DNA of 64,000 nt from Chrysomallon squamiferum (Eukaryota; Animalia; Mollusca). Both the position numbers and the translations under genes were made by a program. Each line of letters opens with the position of its first letter. The first letter of the stretch is position 1. Shown piece by piece: positions 52,297-64,000 of the stretch. Below the pieces are notes generated by a model, which made no database searches, was not told the DNA's origin, and worked only from the letters and a program-made list of their open reading frames with translations. Location: positions 13,206,001-13,270,000 of the forward strand of contig CM022671.1 in NCBI GenBank assembly GCA_012295275.1. Direction: 5' to 3'.

Positions 52297-53823
52297 GAAA
52301 ACATTGATTCCGAGAGCTTAACTCCACCGACAACCAACCTGAAGTTAAGACCTAGTCATAACCTCAACAATGATGGCTATCATCATAGCAATGAGAGCTT
52401 TATTGAAAATGAAGTCATAGGAAATGAAATATCTCCTGAAGCATGTGACAAATTCCGTGAAGTGCTTCAACATCGATGTGTTGACAATTCTACCCGAAAA
52501 GACACTTATCGCAAACATTCTGAAAGTAGTCTGGAACAGGAGTTGGCAATGTTGAATCAGGAGATGGAGGACATTCAGCTGGAGTGTCAGAACATTGTTG
52601 AAGCTCATCTGAAGATAGATCCGAATAAAGATGTCATAAAAATTGACCAACAGCGAAGTCCTCGCATTGTTCCTCGAATGGGCACAAGACTAGAATACCT
52701 CAAACATGTTCAGTCAATGGATCCTGCAGAGTTCTGGGCTCAAAGGGGTTTGCCTAATATGATCAATGTGAAAATGGGACAGGCACAACGAAAAACGTCT
52801 GAGAAGGAGAAGGACATGTCCACAACAAGTGCTTATAACACAGGTGACAGCTGCCGCAGCACACCACTATTAGAACTTAATCAGACAAGTGATGAAGGAG
52901 ACAGAGGTTTAAAGAATTCTTTGTTATGTTTGGCTCCTGCTCCTAACAGTCTGCTGTCTTCAAGTGACACTGAGAAACAGACTCAAACCCCAACAAAAAC
53001 TCGTGATTATCTCAGTGATGACAGTGGTCACAGCTATAAAGATATAGTGCCACTGTCACAGCGAGGCGATCAGCCAAACACCAAGAATAACAATCTCTCA
53101 ACTAAAGTGAGTATGGGAGAGTCTCTTCAAGACTTATACATGGAATATGCAGATGTGATGTACACAAACCATGCAAACCTTGAACATACCATGGCTATCC
53201 AGCAGAAACTTTTCCAGCAGCAACTGGATCAGAAATCTCGTTTAAAGTTACACTGCACATATTCTGGAAGTGGTAGTGGTAATGAATGTAGTGCTGGTGG
53301 TGGCAGTGGTGGAGGCGGTCAGAATTCTAATTCTGGAGACAATAAACAGTTGTCTGGAAAGGAGCTGACTCCTTCAGACACTGGTCCTTTAGAGTGGGTG
53401 GTGAAACGGAGGACAGATGGCACAAGGTACATAACTCGCCGCCCAGTCAGAAACAAGATGTTGAAGGAAAGAGCAAAGAAAATTTCTGAGGAGCGGTCTG
53501 GCATAACTACTGATGATGACGCAATGAGTGAAATGAAAACTGGACGTTACTGGTCTAAAGATGACCGCAAACGACACCTAGAGAAAGCTAAAGATTATAA
53601 GAAAAAGAAGGAGTTGATGTTGAGAGCCCGGATGGAAACACTAAAAGAGACTGAAGAGAAAAAGGAAACAAATATCGTCGAACTAAGCCATCGAAAAATG
53701 AATAAACACAAAGGCAAGAAGGTCTTTGACAATTTTGTGACAGTACAAGAAATGCTTGCGCATGGAAGTCGTATTCCAGAGAGTAAGACTTACAACCCCC
53801 TGCTCTCTGTGACAACAGTTTGA
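52297..53823 (+). CDS. PDZRN3: PDZRN3/4-like terminal coding exon (508 aa plus stop)
   Basis: gtttttcag acceptor ending at 52296, in frame with ORF 52462..53823. Motifs SAYNTGDSCRSTPL, EWVVKRRTDGTRYITRRPVR, EERSGITTDDDAMSEMKTGRYWSK and C-terminal class I PDZ-binding motif LLSVTTV followed by TGA. Confidence 0.97.
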   Translation, partial: ENIDSESLTPPTTNLKLRPSHNLNNDGYHHSNESFIENEVIGNEISPEACDKFREVLQHRCVDNSTRKDTYRKHSESSLEQELAMLNQEMEDIQLECQNIVEAHLKIDPNKDVIKIDQQRSPRIVPRMGTRLEYLKHVQSMDPAEFWAQRGLPNMINVKMGQAQRKTSEKEKDMSTTSAYNTGDSCRSTPLLELNQTSDEGDRGLKNSLLCLAPAPNSLLSSSDTEKQTQTPTKTRDYLSDDSGHSYKDIVPLSQRGDQPNTKNNNLSTKVSMGESLQDLYMEYADVMYTNHANLEHTMAIQQKLFQQQLDQKSRLKLHCTYSGSGSGNECSAGGGSGGGGQNSNSGDNKQLSGKELTPSDTGPLEWVVKRRTDGTRYITRRPVRNKMLKERAKKISEERSGITTDDDAMSEMKTGRYWSKDDRKRHLEKAKDYKKKKELMLRARMETLKETEEKKETNIVELSHRKMNKHKGKKVFDNFVTVQEMLAHGSRIPESKTYNPLLSVTTV

Positions 53824-55407
53824 TGCATAATGTTTGCTTCTTGGTAATTGTGAGATTCAGGACGAATGGTTTTATCTGTCTTTATCAATGGTTGAATTTC
53901 AACATAGCTTGCTGCCTTAGCGTCCTTGTGGAAACCCAACACACCAAAGAAATAAAAATGCCTGTTTGATATCTATCTACCAGTTCATGTGAATTTTGTT
54001 TTAAAGATATCTTTTTTCTAAAAGTTTCAGTCCTTATATTTCAGATTTTATTTTAAAAATTTTGAAAATTTTGTTTTATGTAAATTGCAAATCTCGAGAA
54101 GTCCATAACATTTGAAAACATAAATTAATAAATTTTTATTTTTTATATTGCAGCAATCGAGATAATATTACAGATCATATCATGTGTGATTTCTTAAATT
54201 GCTTTTATAGATTTGTTTCTTTGTTTTATTTAATAGTATATATTTTCCTATTTATTTATTTATTTTTAATAATAATTATTATAATGAAAACAATGACATA
54301 CAGTCAAATGAATATGAAGATGTGTAAAATTCTGACTGATAATTTCATTCAACTTGTCTGATTCTGGTACCTATAGGAGGTATCCAGTGTAAAATGTAAT
54401 ATATAACTGCATGGCTGTGTAATGTTAACATGTTTAATATTGATGTGATGTTTAGAGAGCTGCTCTGTACTAACTAAATATAAACAAAATTTACTACAAT
54501 ATTTTTTTTGTCTTTGGTAAAAGAACATTACTTGCACACTTCAAATTGTTATATACCTGAATTAAATAATAATAATATTAAATGACATCCTGCCCATTTC
54601 GTGCAAAATTATCCTTTTTATTTTTTTAATTTATTTATTATTATTGTTTTGAACTGTGTACAGTATTTTATTTGATGTATGTAAATTGTAAGATTTAGAA
54701 ACTAATTTATTCTTGTACAGGTTTTGTTCTTTATTCAACATGTATACTTACGTGTGCTGCCTTCCTTTTATATGAGATTGCAGAATGTTTTAATGTACAG
54801 TGCAGTGTTTACTTTCATCAAATTAAAAGAGTATATGTGTCAACTATATATATGGGTAAAAACTCAGTGCCTCTGTATTCGTCTTACAGCGTGCTGCTCT
54901 TGTCTTACTTTGAACAATGTCAGTACTTTAATACTTATTATTACTATTATTTAACACTTATAACAAAATTTTCAGTTGAATAATCATTTTTTAATTTTGA
55001 CTTTATACTCGACAAATAGGCAGACAAAATAAGAATATGCTATTACTGTAAAAGTAAATAGGTTCAGTATTAGAAATACTAATCTGGACTCATAAATTTA
55101 CTTAGGATGGATATATTCTTAATTTTTTAAATATTTTTTCAGAAATAGTAACTATGAAAGGATAAAAATAACTGTATTTTTCTTTTTTCCAAAAGAATGT
55201 GTATTGGAAACTGGTATATTCAGAACAGTATTCATATTACTTTTTTTTTTTATTAATAAGAGAGAAAGCATTGTTACCACAATCTGAACATTTCCTATTT
55301 CAGAAGTAGCTGATAGATAAACAAATTATTTTAGTTCTTGCCAGAATGCACCTGTCATCATTTTTAAGCTGCCTTTTTTCAGTCTTTACTCTTTCTGGAG
55401 AAAAATG

Positions 55408-55413
55408 AATAAA
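55408..55413 (+). terminator. Candidate polyadenylation signal of the PDZRN3/4-like gene (3' UTR ~1.6 kb)
   Basis: AATAAA followed ~25 nt later by a GT/T-rich tract (ttgtttgttttcttttatcctttttgt). An alternative AATAAA lies at 53951. No transcript evidence. Confidence 0.45.
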
Positions 55414-55734
55414 GTATTGTTTTGTATCTAAATCAATTGTTTGTTTTCTTTTATCCTTTTTGTAACATTGTTCTTTTTTTTTCTTTTGTTTTAAAATTCA
55501 GCTTAGACAATTTTTTATATATCGAGGATTTAAGTGCTATTTTTACGAAACTTACAACATCTTGGTTCCTGTGAGTTCACTACATTTTGCTATAAAAATA
55601 TTAAACAAGACTGGCATAAGTACACTTTCGGCTTTTGAGAAATACCACTTTTCACCGCCACCACATAAGAAGAAATAAGACAGACCGAATTGGATTTACA
55701 CTTTGCTCAAGGTTAATGCACTAATATGTTCCTA

Positions 55735-58700
55735 GCACACTGACAAAGACCAATTTAGACCTCACAAACTGGTCAGATGCCGCTGACGAGATTCGAACGC
55801 AGATACACACAGTCCAAAGACTGACGACGTTAACTGTCGGCAACAGGACAACGTTAGAAGATATAGTCAATAAGAGATGGTAATCGTCGTTTAGAACCAA
55901 GCACGCCGTTCTTTCTCATTCTTAATGTTTTCCTGTCTTTCGTCTATTATTTTGTGGCAAATACATGGTTTAGCATTTTCAATATTCTCTATCTTATCTA
56001 CTTCCGAACGGACGATGCACTGTCGCAGGATGATAAACACTAATTACGACCTCACAAACCTGCTGACGAGACCCATCCGATATCCAGACATTCTGAAAAC
56101 TGACAATCTTACCTTTACGCCACAAGACAAAGTTAGAAAGTTTGCCCAATAACGCGAACGAAAGTCACACAATCAGAAGACGGACGATGTTACCTTTCGA
56201 CCACAAGATTACGTTAGAAAATTTGTTCAGTAACCGAAGGTAATCATCGTTTCGCAAAAAACAAGCCGTACTTTGTCTTTCCTCATTCTTTTCTGTTTTT
56301 CGTCTATTTTTGGGGAAAAGCTAATACTTCCTTTAGGATTTTTAACATTCTCTCTCTTATGTACATTCGAATGGCCTCTGCACATTGACCTTGTTCAATA
56401 ACCGAAGGTAATCACCGTTTCGGGAAAACCACACCATTCTTTGTCTTTCGTCATTGTTTTTGGTCTTTCATCTATTTTTGGCCGAAACCTATTACTTCCT
56501 TTAGGATTTTGAATATTTTCTGTCTTATGTACATCCGAATGGCCTCTGCACATTGACATTATTCGAGAAATTTCTCTCAATAACCTAACGTAATCATCGA
56601 TTAGAACCAAGCAGCTCGTTCTTTGTCTTTCTTCAGGATGACAAAGTCCGATTATGACCTCACAAACTCGTCAGTTACCGCTGACGAGACCCGAACGACA
56701 GCCACACACTCAGAAGATGCAGGATGTTATCTTCCAACCACAAGACTACGTTAGAGAAATTTTTCAATAACCTAAGGTAATCATCGATTACAACCAAGCA
56801 GCTCGTTCTTTGTCTTCCTTCATGGTTTCCTGTCTTTCGTCTCCTTTTCTGGCAAGTACGTGGTTTAGGATTTTCAATATTCTGAGTCATATGCACGTCC
56901 GAATAGACTGCACAGAGAAATCATTCGGGAAAGAAATGTCGCAGGAAGAAAAAGTCCAATTACGACCACACAAACACGTCACATACCACTCACGATAGCC
57001 GAAATAGAGGCACAGACTCAGAAGACGGACGATCTTACCTTTCGACCACAAGACTACATTAGAAAATATATTCCAGAACCGAAGGTAATCATCGTTTCGG
57101 AAAAACCACACCATTCTTTGTCTTTCGTCATTCTTGTCTCTTTCGTCTGTTTTGGGGGAAAACTTAGTACTTCGTTTAGGATTTTGAATATTCTCTGTCT
57201 TATGTAATTCGAATGGTCTCTGCACATTGACCTTATTCGAGAACGCTCTGTCGCAGGATGACAAAGTCCGATTACAACCTCACAAACTCGTCATAAACCG
57301 CTCAGGAGACCAGATCGAAAATCTCACAATCTATTTTGGGGAAAACGGTATTCCGTTTAGGATTTTGAATATTTCGACTTACAAATGGTACGTGCAGAAA
57401 ATTTATTCGAAAAACTGAAGGATGACAAAGTCCGATCAAACTCGTCAGATTCGAGACCCGAAAAACCACACCATTTTTGCAGGATGTTATCTTCCAACCA
57501 CAAGACTATTTTAGAGAAATTTTTCAAAACCTAAGGTAATCATCGATTACAACCAAGCAGCTTTTGAATGGTTTCTGTCTTTCGTCTCCTTTTCTGTAAT
57601 TACGTGGTTTAGGATTTTTAATATTCTCTGAGTCATATGCACGTCCGAATAGATTCAGAGAAATCATTCGGGAAAGAAATGTCGCAGGAAGAAAAAGTCC
57701 AATTACGACCACACAAACACGTCACATACCACTCACGATAGCCGAAATAGAGGCACAGACTCAGAAGACGGACGATCTTACCTTTCGACCACAAGACTAC
57801 GTTAGAAATATTTTTCCAGAACCGAAGGTAATCATCGTTTACAAAAAACCACACCATTCTTTGTCTTTCGTCATTCTTGTCTCTTTCGTCTGTTTTGGGG
57901 GAAAACTTAGTACTTCGTTTAGGATTTTGAATATTCTCTGTCTTATGTAATTCGAATGGTCTCTGCACATTGACCTTATTCGAGAACGCACTGTCGCAGG
58001 ATGACAAAGTCCGATTACAACCTCACAAACTCGTCATATACCGCTCAGGAGACCAGATCGAAAATTTCACAATCAGAAGACGGACGATGTTACCTTTCGA
58101 CCACAAGACTACGTTAGAAAATTTATTCAATAACCGAAGGTAATCATCGTTTCGGTAAAACCACACCATTTTTTCTCTTTTGTCTTTTTCGTCTATTTTT
58201 GGGGGAAAACCTAGTATTCCGTTTAGGATTTTGAATATTCTGTGTCTTATGTAATTCGAATGGTCTCTGCACATTGACCTTATTCGAGAACGCACTGTCG
58301 CAGGATGACAAAGTCCGATTACGACCTCACAAACTCGTCAGATCTTTGTCTTTCAGAAGACGTCAATGTTACCTTTCGACCACAAGACTACGTTTTTTTC
58401 AATAACCTAAGGTATTCATCTTCCAAGCAGCTCGTTCTTTGTCTTCCTTCATGGTTTCCTGTCTTTCGTCTCCTTTTCTGGCAAGTACGTGGTTTAGGAT
58501 TTTCAATATTCTGAGTCATATGCACGTCCGAATAGACTGCACAGAGAAATCGTTCGGGAAAGAAATGTCGCAGGAAGAAAAAGTCCAATTACGACCACAC
58601 AAACACGTCAGATACCACTCACGATAGCCGAAATAGAGGCACAGACTCAGAAGACGCACAATGTTACCTTTCGACCACAAGACTACGTTAGAAAATTTGT

Positions 58701-59185
58701 TCAATAACCGAAGTTAATCATCGTTTCGCAAAAAACAAGCCGTTCTTTGTCTTTCGTCGTTCTTTTGTGTCTTTCGCCTCTTTTGGGGGGAAACCTAGTA
58801 ATTGCTTTAGGATTTTTAATATTCTCTCTCTTATGTACATTCGAATGGCCTCTGCACATTGACCTTGTTCAATGTTCGGGTAAACCACACCATTCTTTGT
58901 CTTTCGTCATTCTTTTGAGTTGTTTTTCTTCTATTTTTTGGGAAAATCTGGTACTGGCTAGTACTTCGTTTAGGATTTTTATTATTCTCTCTTTTATGTA
59001 CATCCGAGAAAGTCCGATTACGACCTCACAGACTCGTCAGATACCGCTCAGAAGACCCGATCGAAAATATCACAATCAGAAGAAGGACGATGTTACATTT
59101 CGACCAGAAGACTACGTTAGAAAATTTATTCAATAACCGAAGGTAATCATCGTTTCAGGAAAACCACACCATTCTTTGTCTTTTT
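55735..59185. repeat. Tandem satellite with ~310-bp monomer, several variants, many deleted units
   Basis: Anchor TCGCAGGA recurs at 56939, 57251, 57682, 57994, 58298 and 58568 (intact spacings 312, 312, 304). Recurrent blocks gacctcacaaactcgtca, cgaccacaagactacgttagaaa, aggtaatcatcg and ttaggatttt. Confidence 0.9.
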
Positions 59186-59289
59186 CTTCACCTCTGATTT
59201 TCGTTTAGGATTTTGATGTTTCGTGTTTCTGTTTATTGACATGCACATTGAACTGTTGTGACGAACAGACCTTAAGATTTTGAATATTC

Positions 59290-62200
59290 AATCGTATGCA
59301 CACGTAACAGACAGCATTGAATGCGTTCTGTTCCCAACCAGCTGTTTAAACTGTTAAGGGTTAATCATTACCTCTGATTTCCATGATGTTGTGCGTGATT
59401 CTGTTTATTGAGAAGAGACGAACACACCTCGCAGCCGCTCGCACTGCAAAACTTTCAATCGGATTGACACATAACAGACAGCATTGAATGCGTTCTGTTT
59501 TCAAGCAGGTCTTTAAACGCTGTTAAGGGTTAATCATTACATATGATTTCCATGATGCTGTGCGTGATACTGTTTATTGACAAGAGACGAACACACGTCG
59601 GAGCTGCTCGCACTCCGAAACTTTCAATCGGATACACATATAACAGACAGCATTGAATGCGTTCTGTTTTCAAGCAGGTCTTTAAACGCTTTTAAGGGTT
59701 AATCATTACATCTGATTTCCATGATGTTGTGCGTGATTGTGTTTATTCAGAATAGAAGTACACATCTCGCTACCGCTCGCACTCCGAAACTTCCAATCGT
59801 ATGCACGCGTAACAGACAGCATTGAATGCGTTCAGTTCTCAACCAGCTCTGTAAACGCTGTTAAGGGTTAATCATTACCTCTGATTTCCATGATGTTGTG
59901 CGTGTTTCTGTTTGTTGAGATGAGACGAACACACCTCGAAACCGCTCGCACTCAGAAACTTCCAATCGTATGGACACGTAACAGACAGCATTGAATGCGT
60001 TCTGTTTTCAAGCAGTTCTTTAAACGCTGTTAAGGGTTAATCGTTTCCTCTGATTTCCATGATGCTGTGCGTGATACTGTTTATTGACAAGAGAGGAACA
60101 CACGTCGAAACCGCTCGCACTCGGAAACTTTCAATCGGATACACACATAACAGACACCATTGAATGCGTTCTGTTCTCAAGCAGCCCTTTAAACGCTTTT
60201 AAGGGTTAATCATTACATCTGTTTTCCATGATGTTGTGCGTGTTTCTGCTGATTGAGATGAGACGAACACACCTCGCAGCCGCTGGCACTCCGAAACTTT
60301 CAATGTTATACCCACGTAACAGACAGCATTGAATGCGTTCTGTTTTCAAGCAGGTCTTTAAAGGCTGTTAAGGGTTAATCATTACATCTGATTTCCATGA
60401 TGTTGTGCGTGTTTCTGTTTATTGACATGAGACGAACAGACCTCGCAACCGCTCGCACTCCGAAACTTCCAATCGTATGCACACGTAACAGACAGCATTG
60501 AATGCGTTCTGTTCCCAACCAGCTGTTAAGGGTTAATCATTACCTCTGATTTCCATGATGTTGTGCGTGATTCTGTTTATTGAGAAGAGACGAAGACACC
60601 TCGCAGCCGCTCGCACTGCAAAACTTTCAATCGGATTGACACATAACAGACAGCATTGAATGCGTTCTGTTTTCAAGCAGGTCTTTAAACGCTGTTAAGG
60701 GTTAATCATTACATATGATTTCCATGATGCTGTGCGTGATACTGTTTATTGACAAGAGACGAACACACGTCGGAGCTGCTCGCACTCCGAAACTTTCAAT
60801 CGGATACACATATAACAGACAGCATTGAATGCGTTCTGTTTTCAAGCAGGTCTTTAAACGCTTTTAAGGGTTAATCATTACATCTGATTTCCATGATGTT
60901 GTGCGTGATTGTGTTTATTCAGAATAGAAGTACACATCTCGCTACCGCTCGCACTCCGAAACTTCCAATCGTATGCACGCGTAACAGACCACATTGAATG
61001 CGTTCAGTTCTCAACCAGCTCTGTAGACGCTGTTAAGGGTTAATCATTACCTCTGATTTCCATGATGTTGTGCGTGTTTCTGTTTGTTGAGATGAGACGA
61101 ACACACCTCGAAACCGCTCGCACTCAGAAACTTCCAATCGTATGGACACGTAACAGACAGCATTGAATGCGTTCTGTTTTCAACCAGCTCTTTAAACGCT
61201 GTTAAGGGTTAATCATTACCTCTGATTTCCATGATGCTGTGCGTGATACTGTTTATTGAGAAGAGACGAACACACGTCGGAGCCGCTCGCACTGCGAAAC
61301 TTTCAATCGGATACACACATAACAGACACCATTGAATGCGTTCAGTTCTCAAGCAGCCCTTTAAACGCTTTTAAGGGTTAATCATTACATCTGTTTTCCA
61401 TGATGTTGTGCGTGTTTCTGCTGATTGAGATGAGACGAACACACCTCGCAGCCGCTGGCACTCCGAAACTTTCCATGTTATACCCACGTAACAGACAGCA
61501 TTAAATGCGTTCTGTTTTCAAGCAGGTCTTTAAAGGCTGTTAATGGTTAATCATTACATCTGATTTCCATGATGTTGTGCGTGATTGTGTTTATTCAGAA
61601 GAGAAGTACACACCTCGCAAGCGCTCGCACTCCGAAACTTCCAATCGTATGCACACGTAACAGTCAGCATTGAATGCGTTCTGTTCCCAACTTTACAGCT
61701 GTTAAGGGTTAATCATTACCTCTGATATCCATGATGTTGTGCGTGATACTGTTTATTGAGAAGAGACGAACACACGTCGGAGCCGCTCGCACTGCGAAAC
61801 TTTCAATCGGATTCACACATAACAGACAGCATTGAATGCGTTCTGTTTTCAAGCAGGTCTTTAAACGCTGTAAAGGGTTAATCATTAGATCTGATTTTGA
61901 TGAGCTGCGTGGGTACGTTCGTTTGTTGAAAAGAGAGGAACACATCTCGCAACCGCTCGCTCTCCGAAACTTCCAATCGTATGCACACGTAAGAGACAGC
62001 ATTGAATGCGTTCTGTTTTCAAGCAGGTCTTTAAACGCTTTTAAGGGTTAATCATTACCTCTGACTTCCATGATGTTGTGCGTGATTCTGTTTATTGAGA
62101 AGAGACGAAGACACCTCGCAGCCGCTCGCACTCCGAAACTTTCAATCGGATACACACATAACAGACAGCATTGAATGCGTTCTGTTTTCAAGCAGGTCTT

Positions 62201-64000
62201 TAAACGCTTTTAAGGGTTAATCATTACATCTGTTTTCCATGATGTTGTGCGTGTTTCTGCTGATTGAGATGAGACGAACACACCTCGCAGCCGCTGGCAC
62301 TCCGAAACTTTCCATGTTATACCCACGTAACAGACAGCATTAAATGCGTTCTATTTTCAAGCAGGTCTTTAAACGCTGTTAAGGGTTAATCATTACCTCT
62401 GATTTCCATGATGTTGTGCGTGATTCTGTTTATTGAGAAGAGACGAAGACACCTCGCAGCCGCTCGCACTCCGAAACTTTCAATCGGATACACACATAAC
62501 AGACAGCATTGAATGCGTTCAGTTCTCAACCATCTCTTTAAACGCTGTTAAGGGTTAATCATTACATCTGATTTCGATCAGGTAGTGCGTGTTTCCGTTT
62601 ATTGTGATGAGACGAACACACCTCGCAACCGCTCGGACTCCGAAACTTTCAATATTATACCCACGTAACAGACAGCATTGAATGCGTTCTGTTTTCAAGC
62701 AGGTCTTTAAACGCTGTTAAGGGTTAATCATTACATATGATTTCCATGATGCTGTGCGTGATACTGTTTATTGACAAGAGACGAACACACGTCGGAGCTG
62801 CTCGCACTCCGAAACTTTCAATCGGATACACATATAACAGACAGCATTGAATGCGTTCTGTTTTCAAGCAGGTCTTTAAACGCTTTTAAGGGTTAATCAT
62901 TACATCTGATTTCCATGATGTTGTGCGTGATTCTGTTTATTGAGAAGAGACGAAGACACGTCGGAGCCGCTCGCACTCCGAAACTTTCAATCGGATTCAC
63001 ACATAACAGACAGCATTGAATGCGTTCTGTTTTCAAGCAGGTCTTTAAACGCTTTTAAGGGTTAATCATTACATCTGATTTCCATGATGTTGTGCGTGAT
63101 TGTGTTTATTCAGAAAAGAAGTACACATCTCGCTACCGCTCGCACTCCGAAACTTCCAATCGTATGCACGCGTAACAGACCACATTGAATGCGTTCAGTT
63201 CTCAACCAGCTCTGTAGACGCTGTTAAGGGTTAATCATTACCTCTGATTTCCATGATGTTGTGCGTGTTTCTGTTTGTTGAGATGAGACGAACACACCTC
63301 GAAACCGCTCGCACTCAGAAACTTCCAATCGTATGGACACGTAACAGACAGCATTGAATGCGTTCTGTTTTCAACCAGTTCTTTAAACGCTGTTAAGGGT
63401 TAATCATTACCTCTGATTTCCATGATGTTGTGCGTGTTTCTGTTTATTGAGATGAGACGAACACACCTCGAAACCGCTCGCACTCGGAAACTTTCAATCG
63501 GATACACACATAACAGACAGCATTGAATGCGTTCAGTTCTCAAGCAGCCCTTTAAACGCTTTTAAGGGTTAATCATTACATCTGTTTTCCATGATGTTGT
63601 GCGTGTTTCTGTTTATTGAGATGAGACGAACACACCTCGCAACCGCTCGCACTCCGAAACTTTCAATGTTATACCCACGTAACAGACAGCATTAAATGCG
63701 TTCTGTTTTCAAGCAGGTCTTTAAACGCTGTTAAGGGTTAATCATTACATCTGATTTCGATGAGGTAGTGCGTGTTTCTGTTTATTGAGATGAGACGAAC
63801 ACACCTCGCAACCGCTCGCACTCCGAAACTTTCCAATATTATGCACACGTAACAGACAGCATTGAATGCGTTCTGTTCTCAACCAGCTGTTTAAACCCTG
63901 TTAAGGGTTAATCATTACCTCTGATTTCCATGATGTTGTGCGTGTTTCTGTTTATTGAGATGAGACGAACACACCTCGCAAACCGCTCGCACTCCGAAAC
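59290..64000. repeat. Tandem satellite with 169-bp monomer (~28 units), continuing past the window end
   Basis: Anchor ACAGACAGCATTGAATGCG (one variant ACAGACACC) at 59474, 59643, 59812, 59981 and 60150 (169 spacing). The whole monomer is conserved, with no unique spacers. Confidence 0.97.

Noticed and set aside
52345-53815. Antisense ORFs overlapping the terminal exon
   Set aside because: Shadow ORFs of a real coding exon, with no recognisable motifs.
59523-59533. TTAAGGGTTAA as a telomere repeat
   Set aside because: There is one variant copy per monomer, not a tandem TTAGGG tract.
55925-62051. Many similar 60-130 aa ORFs on both strands
   Set aside because: They are chance open frames in tandem satellite monomers, broken inconsistently between copies.
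59290-64000. Regular repeat with a conserved palindromic core, superficially CRISPR-like
   Set aside because: The whole 169-bp unit is repeated, there are no unique spacers and no cas genes, and the context is eukaryotic. It is satellite DNA.
1-64000. A novel prokaryote-type system (defence operon, retron, DGR, RNA-guided nuclease)
   Set aside because: The window is a spliced animal gene with transposon relics and satellites. There is no intact ORF other than the PDZRN3/4-like exons.

Overview
This is AT-rich eukaryotic (animal) genomic DNA, not prokaryotic. The large introns, microsatellite load and protein sequence suggest an invertebrate, possibly a mollusc or cephalopod (inference only). 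The window holds the 3' part of one + strand gene, a PDZRN3/PDZRN4 (LNX3/4, Drosophila Slip1-like) family member. Six phase-0 GT-AG exons (10769-10867, 35362-35424, 35947-36045, 46626-46739, 51045-51173, 52297-53823) splice into a 676-aa C-terminal fragment with a PDZ domain, ending LLSVTTV. The introns contain a decayed hAT (Charlie/GTF2IRD2-like) transposon, a deleted Gypsy/Mag LTR element with a tRNA-Ser PBS, a Sola2 transposon with long TIRs and a TATA target duplication, six copies of a non-autonomous GG-ended DNA element with 8-9 bp TSDs, a second MITE family, and recent local duplications. About 300 bp after the likely poly(A) signal a ~310-bp satellite begins, followed by a 169-bp satellite with a 7-monomer higher-order pattern running off the window end. 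I found no CRISPR array, operon or clearly new enzymatic system. The most interesting signals are structural: a duplication that omits two coding exons, inverted repeats around in-frame PDZ exons, nested fold-back elements and satellite organisation.
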